Shown here piece by piece: positions 12,341 through 22,944 of a DNA stretch of 64,000 bases (within the stretch, counting starts at the first letter, position 1; each line of letters begins with the position of its first letter). The stretch covers positions 2,232,001 to 2,296,000 of the forward strand of contig NC_086097.1 in the NCBI RefSeq assembly GCF_963921235.1. Direction: 5' to 3'. The stretch is from Mobula hypostoma. Lineage: Eukaryota. Position numbers and translations under genes: made by a program. Under the pieces are notes generated by a model. The model searched no databases, had not been told where the DNA came from, and was given only the letters and a program-made list of their open reading frames with translations.

Positions 12341-14120
12341 TGGAAGGATAATCCAGGATAGTGAGGGATAAAATTGGTCCCTTAGAGAATCAGAGTGGAC
12401 GGCTATGTGGGGAGCCAAAAGATATGGGGGAGATTTTGAACAATTTCTTTTCTTCGGTATTCACTAAGGAGAAGGATATTGAATTGTGTAAGGTAAGGGA
12501 AACAAGTAGGGAAGTTATGGAAAATATGCTGATTAAAGAAGAGGAAGAACTGGCACTTTTAAGGAATATAAAAGTGGATAAGTCTCCGGGTCCAGACAGG
12601 ATATTCCCTAGGACATTGAGGGAAGTTAGTGTGGAAATGGCAGGGGCTCTGACAGAAATATTTCAAATGTCATTAGAAACGGGGATGGTGCCAGAGGATT
12701 AGCATATTGCTCATGTTGTTCCATTGTTTAGAAAGGGTTCTAAGAGTAAACCTAGCAATTATCGGCCTGCGAGTTTGACGTCAGTGGTGGGTAAATTGAT
12801 GGAAAGTATTCTTAGAGATGGTATATATAATCATCTGGATAGACAGGATCTGATTAGGAACAGTCAACATGGATTTGTGCGTGGAAGGTCATGTTTGACA
12901 AATCTTATTGAATTTTTTGAAGAGGTTACTAGGAAAGTTGACGAGGATAAAGCAGTGGATGTTGTCTATATGGACTTCAGTAAGGCCTTTGACAAGGTTC
13001 CACACAGAAGGTTAGTTAGGAAGGTTCAATCGTTAGGTATTAATATTGAAGTAGTAAAATGGATTCAGCAGTGACTGAATGGGAGATCCCAGAAAGTGGT
13101 GGTGGATAACTGTGTGTCAGATTGGAGGACGGTGTCTAGTGGTGTGCCTCAGGGATCTGTACTGGGTCCAATGTTGTTTGTCATACACATTAATGATCTG
13201 GATGATGGGGTGGTAAATTGGATGAGTAAGTATGCAGATGATACTAAGATAGGTGGCGTTGTGGATAATGAAGTAGGTTTTCAAAGCTTGCATTGAGATT
13301 TAGGCCAGTTAGAAGAGTGGGCTGAAAGATGGCAGATGGAGCTTAATGCTGATAAATGTGAGGTGCTACATTTTGGTAGGACTAATCAAAATAGGACATA
13401 CACGGTAAATGGTAGGGCATTGAAGAATGCAGTAGAACAGAGGGATCTAGGAATAATGGTGCATAGTTCCCTGAAGGTGGAATCTCATGTGGATAGGGTG
13501 GTGAAGAAAGCTGGCCTTTATAAATCAGAGCATTGAGTATAGGAGTTGGGATGTAATGTTGAAATTGTATAAGGCATTGGTAAAGCCAAATTTGGAGTAT
13601 TGTGTACAGTTCTGGTCACCGAATTATAGGAAAGATGTCAATAAAATTGAGAGAGTACAGAGAAGATTTACTAGAATGTTACCTGGGTTTCATCTCCTAA
13701 GTTACAGCGAAAGGTTGAACAAGTTGGGTCTTTATAGAAGGTTGAGGGGGGACTTGATAGAGGTATTTAAAATTATGAGGGGGATAGATAGAGTTGACGT
13801 GGATAGGCTTTTTCCATTGAGAGTGGGGGAGATTCAAACAAGAGGACATGAGTTGAGAGTTAACAGGCAAAAGTTTAGGGGTAACATGAGGGGGAACTTC
13901 TTTACTCAGAGAGTGGTAGCTGCGTGGAACGAGCTTCCAGCAGAAGTGGTTGAGGCAGGTTCGATGTTGTCATTTAAAGTTAAGTTGAATAGATATATGG
14001 ACAGGAAAGGAATGGAGGGTTATGGGCTGAGAGCAGGTCAGTGGGACTAGGTGAGAGTAAGAGTTCGGCACAGACTAGAGGGGCCGAGATGGACTGTTTC
14101 CGTGCTGTAATTGTTATATG
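12341..14120 (+). mobile_element. 5'-truncated CR1 ORF2 (RT), decayed
   Basis: [60 protein letters not shown] and KYADDTK, with multiple stops. Confidence 0.95.
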
Positions 14121-14904
14121 GAAAACTATCAACCCACCAGTGCAAGTTTGAGTTTACACCCTTATGCTAATAACAATAAAATAAACAATGTTAAAAGCCG
14201 ATTTACTTCAGATTTTCGCATCACCTGCATCCTGGACAGCCTGTCGCACAGTGACTGTATTCACAATAAAGGGCTTGAGTGTATAGTTTAATAATTTTTG
14301 TTGGGTCTTTGTTCATCAGCTGGGTTTAGGAAGGTAGTTGAATTGGAGTTCAAAGATAACCAGAGCTATTAAGCAAATGACCACATCCTTTGGTAAATAA
14401 GACAGCCAAGCCCTATCAGATCGAATGTATCAGGTTACAGGAGAACTTATTTTTTATGGCTATTTAAAGATGTTGTCACAGATGACTCTGTCAGAACCAC
14501 AATGAGCCTATTGTTCATGCAGTATTAAGGCAGCCGAAAGTACTGCATTATTGGAACTGAAATGGTTTATTATTGTCACTGGGCTGAGCTACAGTGAAAA
14601 ACTAGTCTTGCACACATAATTCATTACACAGTGCACTCAGACAGTCCGAGCTAAGAGAATAGCTGAACAAAGTGTAACAGCTACAGAGGAAGTGCAGTAA
14701 GGTGCAAAATCGTAACCAGGTAAATTGTGAGGGGAAGAATCAATGTCATTGTGCTAGGGAGCCATCCAATAGTCCTGTAACCGTGAGGTAGAAGCTGACT
14801 TGAATCTGCTGTACATGCTTTCAAACTTCAGTGTTTTCTGTCCAAAGCCAGAAAGGAGAAGTGAGGCTGTGAGAAGTATAGACAGATGACCATGGAGCAG
14901 AGTC

Positions 14905-15098
14905 AAATCACAAACAAGAGAGAATCTGCAGATGCTGGAAATCCAGAGCAACACACAAAATACTGGAGGAACTCGGCAGCATTGATGGAACGCTGAAACC
15001 CTTCGGGCAGGACAAGTTTCAGTGTGAAACGTTGACAGTACTCTTTTCCATAGATGCTGCCTGGCCTGCTGAGTTCCTCCAGCATTTTGTGTGTGTTC
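14905..15098. mobile_element. Degenerate Penelope-like inverted-arm short repeat
   Basis: Arms ACACACAAAATACTGGAGGAACTC and GAGTTCCTCCAGCATTTTGTGTGT; same family as 20444-20811 and 49899-50162. Confidence 0.7.
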
Positions 15099-15200
15099 CA
15101 TGGAGGAGAGGTTAGGTTCTTTGATGTGCTCAGATGTGTCCACAACTCTACAATTTCTCATGGTCACAAGCAGAGCATTTGCCTTACCAAGCCATGATTT

Positions 15201-16445
15201 AGACACATAGAAAATATAGAACCATAGAAAACTTACAGCACAATACAGGCCCTTCTGCCCACAATGCTGTGCCAAACATGTCCTTACCTTAGAAATTACC
15301 TCAGGTTACCCATAGCCCTCTATTTTTCTAAGCTTCATGTACCTATCCAGGAGTCTCTACAAAGACCTTATTGTATCTGCCTTCACCATCTTCGCCGGCA
15401 GCCCATTCCACGAACACACCACCCTCTGTGTGAAAAACTTAGCTCTGACATCTCATCTGTACCTACTTCCAAGCACCTTAAAAGTGTGTCCTCTCGTGTT
15501 AGCCATTTCAGCCCTGGGAAAAAGCATCTGACTATCCACATGATCAATGCCTCTCATCATCTTATACACCTCTATCAGGTCACCTCTCATCCTCCGCCGC
15601 TCCAAGGAGAAAAGGCCGAGTTCACTCAACCTATTCTCATAAGGCATGCTCCCCAATCCAGGCAACATCCTTGTAAATCTCCCCTGCACCCTTTCTATGG
15701 TTTCCACATCTTTCCTGTAGTGAGGCAACCAGAACTGAGCACAGTACTCCAACTGGGGTCTGACCAGAGTCCTATACTGCTGTAACATTACCTCTTGGCT
15801 CTCGACCTCAATCCTATGGTTGATGAAGGCCAATACACCGTATGCCTTCTTAACCACAGAGTCAACCTGCGCAGCTGCTTTGAGTGTCCTATGAACTCGG
15901 ACTCCAAGATCCCTCTGATCCTCCACACTGCCAAGAGTCTTACCATTAATACTATATTCTGCCATTATGAAGTACCTTCAATAACTCCAAAAGACTGAAG
16001 TTGGGTAAAGTACTGAAAGGCTTTTATTCGCTGTACAATACGACCTCCACGTTGAGTGTCTGCCCCCGGACTGGGGGGGGGGGGGGCAAGGTGGAATCAC
16101 CTTTATACAGGAATCTGTGGCAGGAGCCACAGGGGCAGTCAGCAGAGGGGCGTGTCCAGACAGTTAACCCAGTTTTACAACATATATATGGTTTACCACA
16201 CATCATATTTGAGCTACCAAAATAAACCATTTCACATTTATCTGGGTTGAACTCCATTTGCCACTTCTCAGCCCAGTTTTGTATCCTGTCAATGTCCCAT
16301 TGTAACCTCTGACAGCCCTTCACACTATCCACAACACCCCCAACCTTGTGTCAGCAAATTTACTAACCCATCCTTCCACTTCCTCATCTAGGTTATGTAT
16401 AAAAATCACAAAGAGAAGGGGTCCCAGAACAGATCCCTGAAGCAT
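15201..16445 (-). mobile_element. CR1 3' fragment interrupted by a solo LTR
   Basis: Minus ORFs: WAEKWQMEFNPDKCE, EDQRDLGV, LVRPQLEYCAQFW and RMRGDLIEVYK. Confidence 0.9.
15968..16200 (-). mobile_element. Solo LTR (Gypsy-like), 233 bp
   Basis: TG...CA ends and a near-perfect 5-bp TSD (CATTA 15963-15967 / CATCA 16201-16205). It splits a CR1 ORF. Minus strand has TATAAA (about 16102-16107) and AATAAA (about 16023-16028). Confidence 0.8.
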
Positions 16446-16559
16446 TATTTATTGCCATAGATTTATATGTACATTTGAACAGTTTGTTGTCTTCTGCATG
16501 CTGGTCAATCTTTCATTGATCCTATTATAGTTATTATTCTATAGATTTGCTGAGTATGT

Positions 16560-17400
16560 TTGCGAAGACAATAACCTATCCCTCAACATCAGCAAGACGA
16601 AGGAATTGGTTGTTGACTTCAGAAGGAGTAGCAGACTGCACGACCCAATTTACATCGGTGGTGCGCAAGTGGAACAGGTCAAAAGCTTTAAGTTCCTCGG
16701 GGTCAATATCACAAATGACCTGACTTGGTCCAACCAAGCAGAGTCCACTGCCAAGAAGGCCCACCAGCGCCTTTACTTCCTGAGAAAACTAAAGAAATTT
16801 GGCCTGTCCCCTAACACCCTCACTAATATTTATAGATGCACTGTAGAAAGCATTATTCTAGGTTGCATCACAACCTGGTATGGAAGTTGTCCTGTCCAAG
16901 ACCGAAAGAAGCTGCAGAAGATCGTGAACACGGCGCTGCACATCACACAAACCAATCTTCCGTCTGTGGACTCACTTTACACCGCACGCTGTCGGAGCAG
17001 TGCTGCCAGGATAATCAAAGACACGACCCACCCAGCCAACTCACTTTTCGTCCCTCTTCCCTCCGGGAGAAGGCTCAGGAGCTTGAAGACTTGTACAGTC
17101 AGATTTGGGAACAGCTTCTTTCCAACTGTGATAAGACTGCTGAACGGATCCTGACCCGGATCTGGGCCATACCCTTCAAATATCTGGACCTGCCTCTCGG
17201 TTTTTTTGCACTACCTTACTTTCCATTTTCCTATTTTCTATTTATGATTCATAATATAAAATTTTAATATTTACTAATTTTTACTATTTTTAATATTTAA
17301 TATTTGTAATCCAGGGAGCAGAAAGCGCAGAATCAAATATCGCTGTGATGATTGTACATTCTAGTATCAATTGTTTGGCGACAATGAGGTATAAAGTATG
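16560..17400 (+). mobile_element. 5'-truncated Rex1/Babar-like LINE 3' portion
   Basis: ORF 16606..17154 VVDFRR..FKFLGV..KKAHQRLYFLRKLK..LPSGRRLRSL..FGNSFFPTVIRLLN; flanking AGTATGT repeat. Same family at 26975-27223 (minus) and 63236-63890 (plus). Confidence 0.9.
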
Positions 17401-17799
17401 TGCAAAGGAAAGCGAAACTCAGGGTTGTATATGGTGACCCTTATGAATAATATGATAATAGAATTTATTTTGAACTTTGAATATAAAAAAGTTCACTCTC
17501 TCGGATTTATGTGAGAAAACTATGGTTTTTTCAACTTGCATTTCTTGAAGCACATGCAGATGACACAGCTCTGCAATACAGACAGATTTCCAGGAATACA
17601 GCCCTCTATAATGTGGGGGTCACCCGTATCCAATTTTTTTAAAAATGGAGATCATAGGGCCAACTGAGTCTATGCTAGCTTTCGAAGTAGTCCCATCTCC
17701 CAACGTTTCCATGCAACCTACGCTCTCCTATTTTCCAACCGACTTCACCTGATGCTACACCCACACTATCTCTGTGGCCAAATAATCTATCAACGATAT

Positions 17800-19110
17800 C
17801 AATCATCGGACAAAGTCAGCATGGATTTGTGAAAGGAAAATCATGTCTGATGAATGTCATAGAACTTTTTGAGGATGTAACTAGTAGAGTGGATAGGGGA
17901 GAACCAGTGGATGTGGTATATTTGGATTTTCAAAAGCCTTTTGACAAGGTCCCACACAGGAGATTAGTGTGCAAACTTAAAGCACACGGTATTGGGGGTA
18001 TGGTATTGATGTGGATAGAGAATTGGTTAGCAGACAGGAAGCAAAGAGTGGGAATAAATGGGACCTTTTCAGAATGGCAGGCGGTGACTAGTGGGATACC
18101 GCAAGGCTCAGTGCTGGGACCCCAGTTGTTTACAATATATATTAATGACTTAGACGAGGGAATTAAATGCAGCATCTCCAAGTTTGCGGATGACACGAAG
18201 CTGGGTGGCAGTGTTTGCTGTGAGGAGGATGCTAAGAGGATGCAGGGTGACTTGGATAGGTTAGGTGAATGGGCAAATTCATGGCAGATGCAATTTAATG
18301 TGGATAAATGTGAGGTTATCCACTTTGGTGGCAAAAACAGGAAAACAGATTATTATCTGAATGGTGGCCGATTAGGAAAAGGGAAGGTTCAACGAGACCT
18401 GGGTGTCATTGTACACCAGTCATTGAAAGTGGGCATGCAGGTACAGCAGGCGGTGAAAAAGGCAAATGGTATGCTGGCATTTATAGCAAGAGGATTCGAG
18501 TACAGGAGCAGGGAGGTATACTGCAGTTGTACAAGGCCTTGGTGAGACCACACCTGGAGTATTGTGTACAGTTTTGGTCCCCTAATCTGAGGAAAGACAT
18601 TCTTGCCATAGAGGGAGTACAAAGAAGGTTCACCAGATTGATTCCTGGGATGGCAGGACTTTCATATGATGAAAGACTGGATGAACTAGGCTTATACTCA
18701 TTGGAACTTAGAAGATTGAGGGGGGATCTTATTGAAACGTATAAAATCCTAAAGGGATTGGACAGGCTAGATGCAGGAAGATTGTTCCTGATGTTGGGGA
18801 AGTCCAGAATGAGGGGTCACAGTTTGAGGATAAAGGGGAAGCCTTTTAGGACCAAAATGAGGAAAAACTTCTTCACACTGAGTGGTGAATCTGTGAAATT
18901 CTCTGCCACAGGAAACAGTTGAGGCCAGTTCATTGGCTATATTTAAGAGGGAGTTAGATATGGCCCTTGTGGCTAAAGGGATCAGGAAGTATGGAGAGAA
19001 GGCTGGTGCAGGGTTCTGAGTTGGATGATCAGCCATGATCATAATAAATGGCGGTGCAGGCTCGAAGGGCCGAATGGCCAACTCCTGCACCTATTTTCTA
19101 TGTTTCTATG
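17800..19110 (+). mobile_element. CR1 ORF2 3' half (TTCTATGT-tail family)
   Basis: ORFs 17829..18545 and 18527..18922 carry RT motifs; highly similar to 25180-26487. Confidence 0.95.
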
Positions 19111-19354
19111 TAATAAGAATGTCCTGGAAATACGGGAGCAAAGCGGAACTCCTGGAGGAAATCCACATGGGCACAGGAAAATATTCACGCACCACAACAA
19201 AAGTCAGGCTCAAAGCCACGTCGACGGAGATCTGCCAAACCAGGCTGTTGCCCTGTTCTGATCACTGAAACCAGAACCTCCAGGTTGCTATTTTTAGTGA
19301 AGGATAGAGGTGACAGAATTAAAAGGTTAGTGGGAAGTGCTAAATAAATAATAA

Positions 19355-20230
19355 GTATCAGGAACATGAGTTGTCAAGTCCTTCCAAGTGAGTCCATAAG
19401 TTGTGGGAACAGTTCAGTGATTTGGGCAAGTGAAGTTGAGTGAAGTTGTCACCTTTGACTGAAGAGCCTGATAGCTGAGGGGTAATAGCTGTTCCTGAAC
19501 ATGGTGGTGTGGGTCCTGAAACTCCTGTACCTCCTCCCTGATGGCAGCAGTGAGAAGAGAGCATGTGAGGCTCCCTGACAATGAATGCTGCTTTCCTGCG
19601 ACAGTGTTTCATGTAGATATGCTCAGTGGTGGGAAGGGCTTTACACATGATGAAATGGTTGTATCTGCTACTTTATGGAGGATTTTCTGTTCAAGAGCAT
19701 TGTTGTTCCTGTAACAGGCTGTCCCCCGATCCAGTCAGACACGTGCGGCAGCTGACTTACAGGACAAACCTCATCCGCCCAGTGTCACCGGTATTTGCAG
19801 AACTCAAAATACCGAGTCTGCTCCACCATTTCATCGTGGTTGACCCATTTCCCTCTCAGCCCCAATCTCCTGCCTGTTCCCCCTGTCCCACACCACCAGG
19901 TTCAGGGACAGTTATTACATCTCAACCATCAGGCTCTTCAACCAGAGGAGTTAACTTCACTCATCCCAACACTGAACCATTTCCACAACCTGTGGACTCA
20001 CTTTCAAGGGCTTTACAACTTATCTTTATTGTTTGTTTATTTATTTTTCTATTTGCCCAGTGGTGTTTTGCACATTTGTTGTTTGTCCATCCTGTTGTGT
20101 ATGGTATTTCATTGATTCTATTGTGTTTCTTTGTAATTACTGTGAATACCCACAAGAAAACGAATCTCAGGGCTGTATATGGTGATATTTATGTATCTTG
20201 ACTATGAATTTACTTTGAACTTTGACTTGA
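19355..20230. mobile_element. Two Rex1-like 3' fragments in opposite orientation (19355-19720 minus; 19895-20230 plus)
   Basis: CACCAGGTTCAGGGACAGTTATTAC...CAACC...TGGACTCACTT on plus mirrors the minus-strand copy. Confidence 0.6.
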
Positions 20231-20444
20231 AGTAAAAACATTTTGCATACATTCAGCAGGGCAGGCAGTGTCTTGGAGAGACAGGAGCAAGCACTTCAGA
20301 TCTGTGTCCTTTAATGGCCAATTAGACTCAAAACATTAAACATGTTTTGTTTACTCTCTTCACAGATATTTACCTGACCCAGAAGTTAAAATTTTTATTT
20401 CATTAGAAGCCATGAGACTAACTAAATGTAAATACAAAATAGCT

Positions 20445-20480
20445 AGTCCTGACGAAGGGTCTCGGCCTGAAACGTCGACT
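20445..20480 (+). ncRNA. Putative minimal type I hammerhead ribozyme
   Basis: AGUC CUGACGA AGGGUCUCGGCCU GAAA C GUC GACU: conserved CUGANGA and GAAA boxes, stem II, stem I AGUC/GACU and a GUC cleavage triplet ending at 20476. Confidence 0.65.
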
Positions 20481-20719
20481 GCACCTCTTCCTACAGATGC
20501 TGCTTGGCCTGCTGCGTTCACCAGCAACTTTGATGTGTGTTGACAAAATAGCCAGAGATGCTGCCTGGCCTGCTGCGTTCACCAGCAACTTTGATGTGTG
20601 ATACTCTGTAGATGCTGGGGCCATAGCAACACTCACAACACGCTGGAGGAACTCAGCAGGTCAGGCAGCATCCTTGGAAACGATCACCTTCTTTATAGGC
20701 CTCTGCCCCTTCCCTCTAC

Positions 20720-20755
20720 AGTCCTGACGAAGGGTCCTGGCCCGAAACGTCGACT
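20720..20755 (+). ncRNA. Putative minimal type I hammerhead ribozyme
   Basis: AGUC CUGACGA A GGGUCCUGGCCC GAAA C GUC GACU; predicted cleavage after 20751. Confidence 0.7.
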
Positions 20756-21489
20756 CATCGTTTCCACAGATGCTGCCTGACCTGCTGAGTTCCTCCAGCG
20801 TGTTGTGAGTGTAACTAAATGTAAACCAGCTCAACATACATCTATCCCTCACTCCAGGTCTGTGATTGACTTTTAAAGTTTTCCCAGGCAAATGGGCAAG
20901 GGCTCACTTCGTAAAATAAACACAGAGTAGCAAAAAAGCTCAGAGCATCTTGGAATAAACTAAAATAGCATCCACAACTGAAGAATACAAAATTACATCT
21001 TGCAGCTGGAATAAACTGCAAGCCTTCAATGTCCTCAAACAATGTCTCTTTCATGTATTGCAAGACTGAGCCCTTGTCAAGTTGTAACATTCTTTTGGGT
21101 AAAGGGGTGACACCACTGGGAGCTGAGGATGGTAACAAGCTGAGCTACCCTGAGCAGGAGAGTTCTGCGATTGATCAGACGCTCTCCTGCGATCATTGCC
21201 TGCTCCTGGCTGGGGAACCTCTCTGTGCCAGTCTGACGAGCACACATACTATCACACTGAACAAGGAGAGTTCAGTGTCTGGCTTTCTTATTCCTTGGAT
21301 CAAATAATATGCTGATATTTCCCATAATCTTTGGCATATGGGTTGTTTGTCAATTTTTCTTTGCGTGTAGTTTTTCATTGATTCTGCTGTATTTCTCTGT
21401 TCTGTGAATGCCAATAAGAAAATAAATCTGAAGGGAGTATACAGTGACATATATGTAATTTGATAATTTTTTTCCGAACTTTGAACTTT

Positions 21490-21775
21490 TCAAAGGCATC
21501 CGTTGAAAGTCTTCACTCTCCAGGGCGCAGGCCTGGACAAGGTTGTATGGAAGACCAGCAGTTGCCCATGCTGCAAGTCTCCCCTCTCCACGACACCAAC
21601 GTTGTCCAAGGGAAGGGCATTAGGACCCATACAGCTTGGCTCCAGTGTCGTCGCAGAGCAATGTGTGATAAAGTGCCTTGGTCAAGGACACAACACGCTG
21701 CCTCGGCTGGGGCTCGAACTCACGACCTTCAGGTCACTAGTCCAATGCCTTAACCACTTGGCCACGTGCCCACTG
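21490..21775 (-). mobile_element. tRNA-derived CORE-like SINE
   Basis: Minus head GGGCACGTGGCCAAGTGGTTAAGGC (A box) ... GAGTTCGAGCCC (B box), then CORE-like TGTGTCCTTGACCAAGGCACTT. Second copy at 43836-44144. Confidence 0.85.
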
Positions 21776-21840
21776 ACTTTGAACTTAATTCCCACGTAAG
21801 ACACAGAAGATACCACAAGTCATAGTTTTATTTAGAAATA

Positions 21841-22412
21841 CACAGACATCCCACCCTGCAAAAACTCATGTCAGGGAGGTAGTACCATCAATTTGTGGGA
21901 GACTCCCAGAACTTCCGGGGGAGGTGGGATGTTTGCAATAGAGTAGCTCCTCAGCAGCTAGCCAGCTAGTTTAAATAACGTTAGCTATACTAATGAACGA
22001 ATGACACCTGTTAAACTCACCTCAACATGTCTTTTACAGTCTTAACCCACCATGGGCAATAGAAAAGTCACTGTTACAAACCGCAGCGAGCAACACTGTC
22101 ATTATTTTTTACCCCTTGGGCAGGGGTACACTTTAGTGTAGTCCGGGGTGACGTATGTTTTATATTTTCTTTTTCTGGAAGACTCTGCCATGGCACGCTC
22201 TCTCGCACTCTCTCTTTCGCCGCACTCTCTCTCTCTCAGTCACTCTAAAAAAAAAATCGATTTCAGAATCAGAATCCTTTATTATCGCCAAGTATGTGGA
22301 CACGTACAGGGAATTTGATGCCGGGATATTGTATATAATTTGCGGGCATCGGGGAGCCACTATCAATATGCAGGAGACCCCCGGAACCTCCAGGAGAGGT
22401 GGGATGTCTGGG
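21841..22412. mobile_element. Non-autonomous DNA transposon (CACTA/EnSpm-like termini)
   Basis: TIRs CACAGACATCCCACC and GGTGGGATGTCTGGG, flanked by TA on both sides (21839-21840, 22413-22414), inside an HE1-like SINE tail. Confidence 0.75.
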
Positions 22413-22944
22413 TACAGTGTGGAACAGGGCCTTCTGGCCCAACGAGCCGCACCACACAGCAACCCATCTATTTAACCCAAGCCTAATCACAGGAAACTTT
22501 ACAATGACAACCAGTACGTCTTTGGACTGTGGGTGAATACTGGAGCACCTGGAGGAAACCTATGTGGTCATGGGGAGAACGTACAAGTTTTCTTATAAAG
22601 GAGCCTGGAAATGAACGCTGAATTCCGACGCCCGAGCTATAGTGGCATCACGCAAACAGCTACACTACCGTGGTTCCCAGTTCTCTTAAGTAATCAATAC
22701 TGAGTAGGATAGAAGATCGCAGAAATCTTGTTAGAAAGGAAATTAAGTAAAAATTCATTTTGAATGCATGTGTATTTGCTCCTGTGACCTTATACTCATC
22801 AATTTGGGAGCCAGGTGTATATATTTTGCAAAATAAAGCACCAGCTCTGATGTACTAAGACTGGCTCAAGTTGGAGATCTCCTTACTCTCACATATTGTC
22901 CAGCGTTGATCATTAGTTACAATCTAATTAGTTACAATTAGTTA

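Larger units (their letters stand above)
20433..20811 (+). mobile_element. Composite Penelope-like short element with two minimal hammerhead-ribozyme cores
   Basis: Outer 14-bp direct repeat TAACTAAATGTAAA (20419-20432 / 20812-20825) and inner 10-bp direct repeat ACAAAATAGC (20434-20443 / 20543-20552). Cores are AGTC-CTGACGA-stem-GAAA-CGTC-GACT. Confidence 0.75.

Noticed and set aside
19755..19830. Minus-strand GTAAGT donor with a nearby small hairpin as an alternative ITPK1 exon
   Set aside because: No clear acceptor or ITPK1-like peptide; it lies between repeat fragments.
21700..21772. tRNA gene
   Set aside because: The A/B boxes run into a SINE body and tail, with a second copy flanked by a TSD, so it is a SINE head.
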